Of a DNA stretch of 32,000 nucleotides, positions 30,118-32,000 are shown piece by piece (position 1 is the first letter of the stretch; every line of letters starts with the position of its first letter). The stretch spans positions 2,744,412-2,776,411 of the forward strand of contig NZ_CP024768.1 of the NCBI RefSeq assembly GCF_011395035.1, written 5' to 3'. The translations under genes were made by a program, and so were the position numbers. Source of the DNA: Pantoea cypripedii. GTDB taxonomy: Bacteria > Pseudomonadota > Gammaproteobacteria > Enterobacterales > Enterobacteriaceae. The notes under the pieces were generated by a model. That model was not told where the DNA came from, did no database searches, and saw only the letters and a list, made by a program, of their open reading frames with translations.

Positions 30118-30945
30118 TTAACCCAAAGGCATCGTCATGGGATCACTCCAGCTATATTCGAAACCCAGCTCATCGCAAATCGCCCTGCCGTCGATGCTTT
30201 TTCCGACGTTGCCCAGTGGCTCGGCAACAAATGTCGGCGCTGTCAGCCCAAGCTGGCGTGCCACCGTGGGATAAAACTCACTGCGTGCAGGATGTTTTGG
30301 TGCGCACAAGTTATAAACGCGCCCGCCTTTCGGCGTCTGCAACAGCAATACGATGGCTTCCACCACATCATCCAGATGCACCAGATTCACCACATGCGAT
30401 CCATCACTTAAATCCGTTTTCCCGGCGAGAAAACGGCCGGGGTGACGGTTTGGCCCCACCAGCCCGGCAAGACGCACAATATCCACGCTGGTGCCCGGCA
30501 GATCGTGCAGCCAGTTTTCCAGCGCCACCAGCGTCTTACCGGCTACCGTTTCTGGCCGTAACGGGCTGCGTTCTTTCATCACTCCCGGACCCGGGCCATA
30601 CACCGATGTCGAACTGGTGAAGATAATCCGCGGGACTTTATAGGCCAGCGCCGTGTCCACCACGTTTTGCACCGCCTGCATATAGTCTTCGCCGCCCTGC
30701 ACCGTGCGACTGGCGGGTAAAGTCACCACCAATGCATCCACCGACAGTAGCGTATTCAGATCATCAGCTTCGCACTCAAGTTCCGGCGTCAGCACCAGCT
30801 GACACGCCTCAATACCGCAACGACGGGCCGCATCCACCCCATCCGGCGAGGTTTTGCTGCCCGTCACCTGCCAGCCGCGTGCCGTTAGCGCCATCGCCAG
30901 CGGCATGCCCAGCCATCCCAGCCCTACAATCGCGACCTTTTTCAT
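30118..30945 (-). CDS. yeeZ: YeeZ (NAD(P)-binding SDR/epimerase-family protein)
   Basis: MKKVAIVGLGWLGMPLAMALTARGWQVTGSKT... is collinear with recalled E. coli YeeZ. Divergent from the his operon, as in enterobacteria. Confidence 0.9.
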   Translation of the reverse strand: MKKVAIVGLGWLGMPLAMALTARGWQVTGSKTSPDGVDAARRCGIEACQLVLTPELECEADDLNTLLSVDALVVTLPASRTVQGGEDYMQAVQNVVDTALAYKVPRIIFTSSTSVYGPGPGVMKERSPLRPETVAGKTLVALENWLHDLPGTSVDIVRLAGLVGPNRHPGRFLAGKTDLSDGSHVVNLVHLDDVVEAIVLLLQTPKGGRVYNLCAPKHPARSEFYPTVARQLGLTAPTFVAEPLGNVGKSIDGRAICDELGFEYSWSDPMTMPLG

Positions 30946-31126
30946 ATCGACTCCTGGCTTCGCTACTCAAAGACATTTCATCTTAGTGCTGTCGTCTGTG
31001 TCAGACCAGCGCTAACTGTTTCGGGGGATTCCGGAAACTGACGTTAAAAAATTCTTGCCAGCCGACGTTATCTTCGTTAGGTTAATCAGCACGCAAATGA
31101 ATACCCATTCAGCAACGGAATTTTTT

Positions 31127-31174
31127 ATGACACGCGTTCAGTTCAACCACCATCATCACCATCATCCTGACTAG
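31127..31174 (+). CDS. hisL: his operon leader peptide
   Basis: ATG ACA CGC GTT CAG TTC AAC then CAC CAT CAT CAC CAT CAT, CCT GAC TAG. This reads MTRVQFNHHHHHHPD, with six consecutive His codons. Confidence 0.9.
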   Translation: MTRVQFNHHHHHHPD

Positions 31175-31237
31175 TCTTTCAGGCGATGTGTGCTGGAAGA
31201 CATTTAAGATCTTCCAGTGGTGTGAGCGCAAAGAGAG

Positions 31238-31269
31238 CCCCCGGAAGATCATCTTCCGGGGGTTTTTTT
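31238..31269 (+). terminator. his attenuator terminator
   Basis: CCCCCGGAAGA-tca-TCTTCCGGGGG followed by TTTTTTT, between hisL and hisG. Confidence 0.85.
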
Positions 31270-31325
31270 ATGGGCTGACGCAACCCAACTGAGTTCAGAC
31301 AGGATTGAATAAGAGGACAGGAACC

Positions 31326-32000
31326 ATGTTAGATAACACCCGTTTACGCATAGCTATGCAGAAATCTGGCCGTTTGAGTGATGAATCACGCGAACTGCTG
31401 GCGCGCTGCGGCATCAAAATTAACCTTCAGCAGCAGCGTTTGATTGCGTTTGCGGAGAACATGGCCATCGATATCCTGCGTGTGCGCGATGACGATATCC
31501 CAGGCCTGGTGATGGATGGCGTGGTGGATCTCGGTATCGTGGGCGAAAACGTGCTGGAAGAAGAGTTGCTGACGCGCCGTGCCCAGGGAGAAGACCCACG
31601 TTACTTTACCCTGCGTCGCCTCGATTTCGGTGGTTGCCGCCTGTCGCTGGCGATGCCGGTTGATGCCGAGTACACCGGCCCGCAATGCCTTGATAAGTCA
31701 CGTATCGCCACCTCCTACCCTCACCTGCTGAAAAAGTACCTCGATAAACAAGGCGTCGCTTTCAAATCCTGCCTGCTGAATGGTTCTGTCGAAGTGGCAC
31801 CGCGTGCCGGTCTGGCTGATGCAATCTGTGACCTGGTATCTACCGGTGCCACGCTGGAAGCGAATGGTCTGCGCGAAGTTGAAGTCATTTACCGCTCTAA
31901 AGCGGTGCTGATTCAGCGCGACGGCGAACTGAGCGGCGCCAAGCAGGAGCTGGTCGATAAACTGATGACGCGTATTCAGGGTGTGATCAAAGCACGCGAA
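31326..32000 (+). CDS. hisG: ATP phosphoribosyltransferase, N-terminal 225 codons (continues past the window)
   Basis: [34 protein letters not shown]...[28 protein letters not shown]... is highly similar to enterobacterial HisG. No stop in the window, so it is absent from the ORF track. Confidence 0.95.
   Translation, partial: MLDNTRLRIAMQKSGRLSDESRELLARCGIKINLQQQRLIAFAENMAIDILRVRDDDIPGLVMDGVVDLGIVGENVLEEELLTRRAQGEDPRYFTLRRLDFGGCRLSLAMPVDAEYTGPQCLDKSRIATSYPHLLKKYLDKQGVAFKSCLLNGSVEVAPRAGLADAICDLVSTGATLEANGLREVEVIYRSKAVLIQRDGELSGAKQELVDKLMTRIQGVIKARE

Noticed and set aside
30216-30986. Plus-strand ORFs antisense to yeeZ
   Set aside because: They are shadow frames of a conserved core gene with Pro/Arg/Ala-rich composition.
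31386-31685. 99-aa minus-strand ORF inside hisG
   Set aside because: It is antisense to a highly conserved housekeeping gene.
1-32000. CRISPR arrays, IS elements or transposases, rRNA, canonical tRNAs, retron or reverse-transcriptase genes, large ATPase/nuclease defence operons
   Set aside because: Reading both strands revealed no evenly spaced repeat-spacer structure, no transposase-like ORF with terminal inverted repeats, and no long unexplained ORF. The only notable repeats are the ori iterons, the operator half-sites, the 17-nt N-leader duplication, the yeeZ 3' duplication and the 10-bp inverted repeat at 30055-30095.

Overview
The window holds about 27 kb of a lambda-type (lambdoid) prophage in an enterobacterial chromosome, followed by its integration locus and the core genes yeeZ-hisL-hisG. 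The prophage's structural-gene end runs off the left edge. The late and rightward genes lie on the minus strand, in this map order from the left edge. First come a partial morphogenesis gene, the portal, a small protein, TerL and TerS. Next is an unusual glycosyltransferase plus SAM-methyltransferase pair with two small coupled genes. Then come the lysis cassette (Rz/Rz1 spanins, SAR endolysin, pinholin), a candidate PR' promoter with tandem terminators, and Q. After that are the nin region (NinG, a PD-(D/E)XK nuclease, an MT-A70 methylase, NinB and many small coupled ORFs), P, an O-like initiator with internal iterons, an HNH protein, cII, nutR and cro. The plus strand carries cI (S24 repressor), OL/PL, nutL, a tRNA-like element plus an inserted small ORF, and N (TTG start). 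It continues with a run of terminator-bounded small genes, cIII/kil-position genes, an exonuclease, RecT, Ea22-like and DUF551 genes, TraR, xis and a Rac IntR-like integrase. Right of int lie a short, possibly truncated FAD-oxidoreductase gene, a frameshifted diverged copy of the yeeZ 3' end, and orphan gtrA-gtrB with only a 9-codon stub where gtrC should be. Intact yeeZ, the his leader and attenuator, and the start of hisG follow. No CRISPR array, rRNA, canonical tRNA or transposase was seen. The most unusual items are four. One is the GT9-like/methyltransferase cassette between the lysis genes and terS. The second is an alanine-identity tRNA-like element in the N leader. The third is the HNH-domain protein between cII and O. 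The fourth is the layered yeeZ/gtr attachment-site scar. All homology statements come from reading motifs and recalling family sequences, not from database searches.
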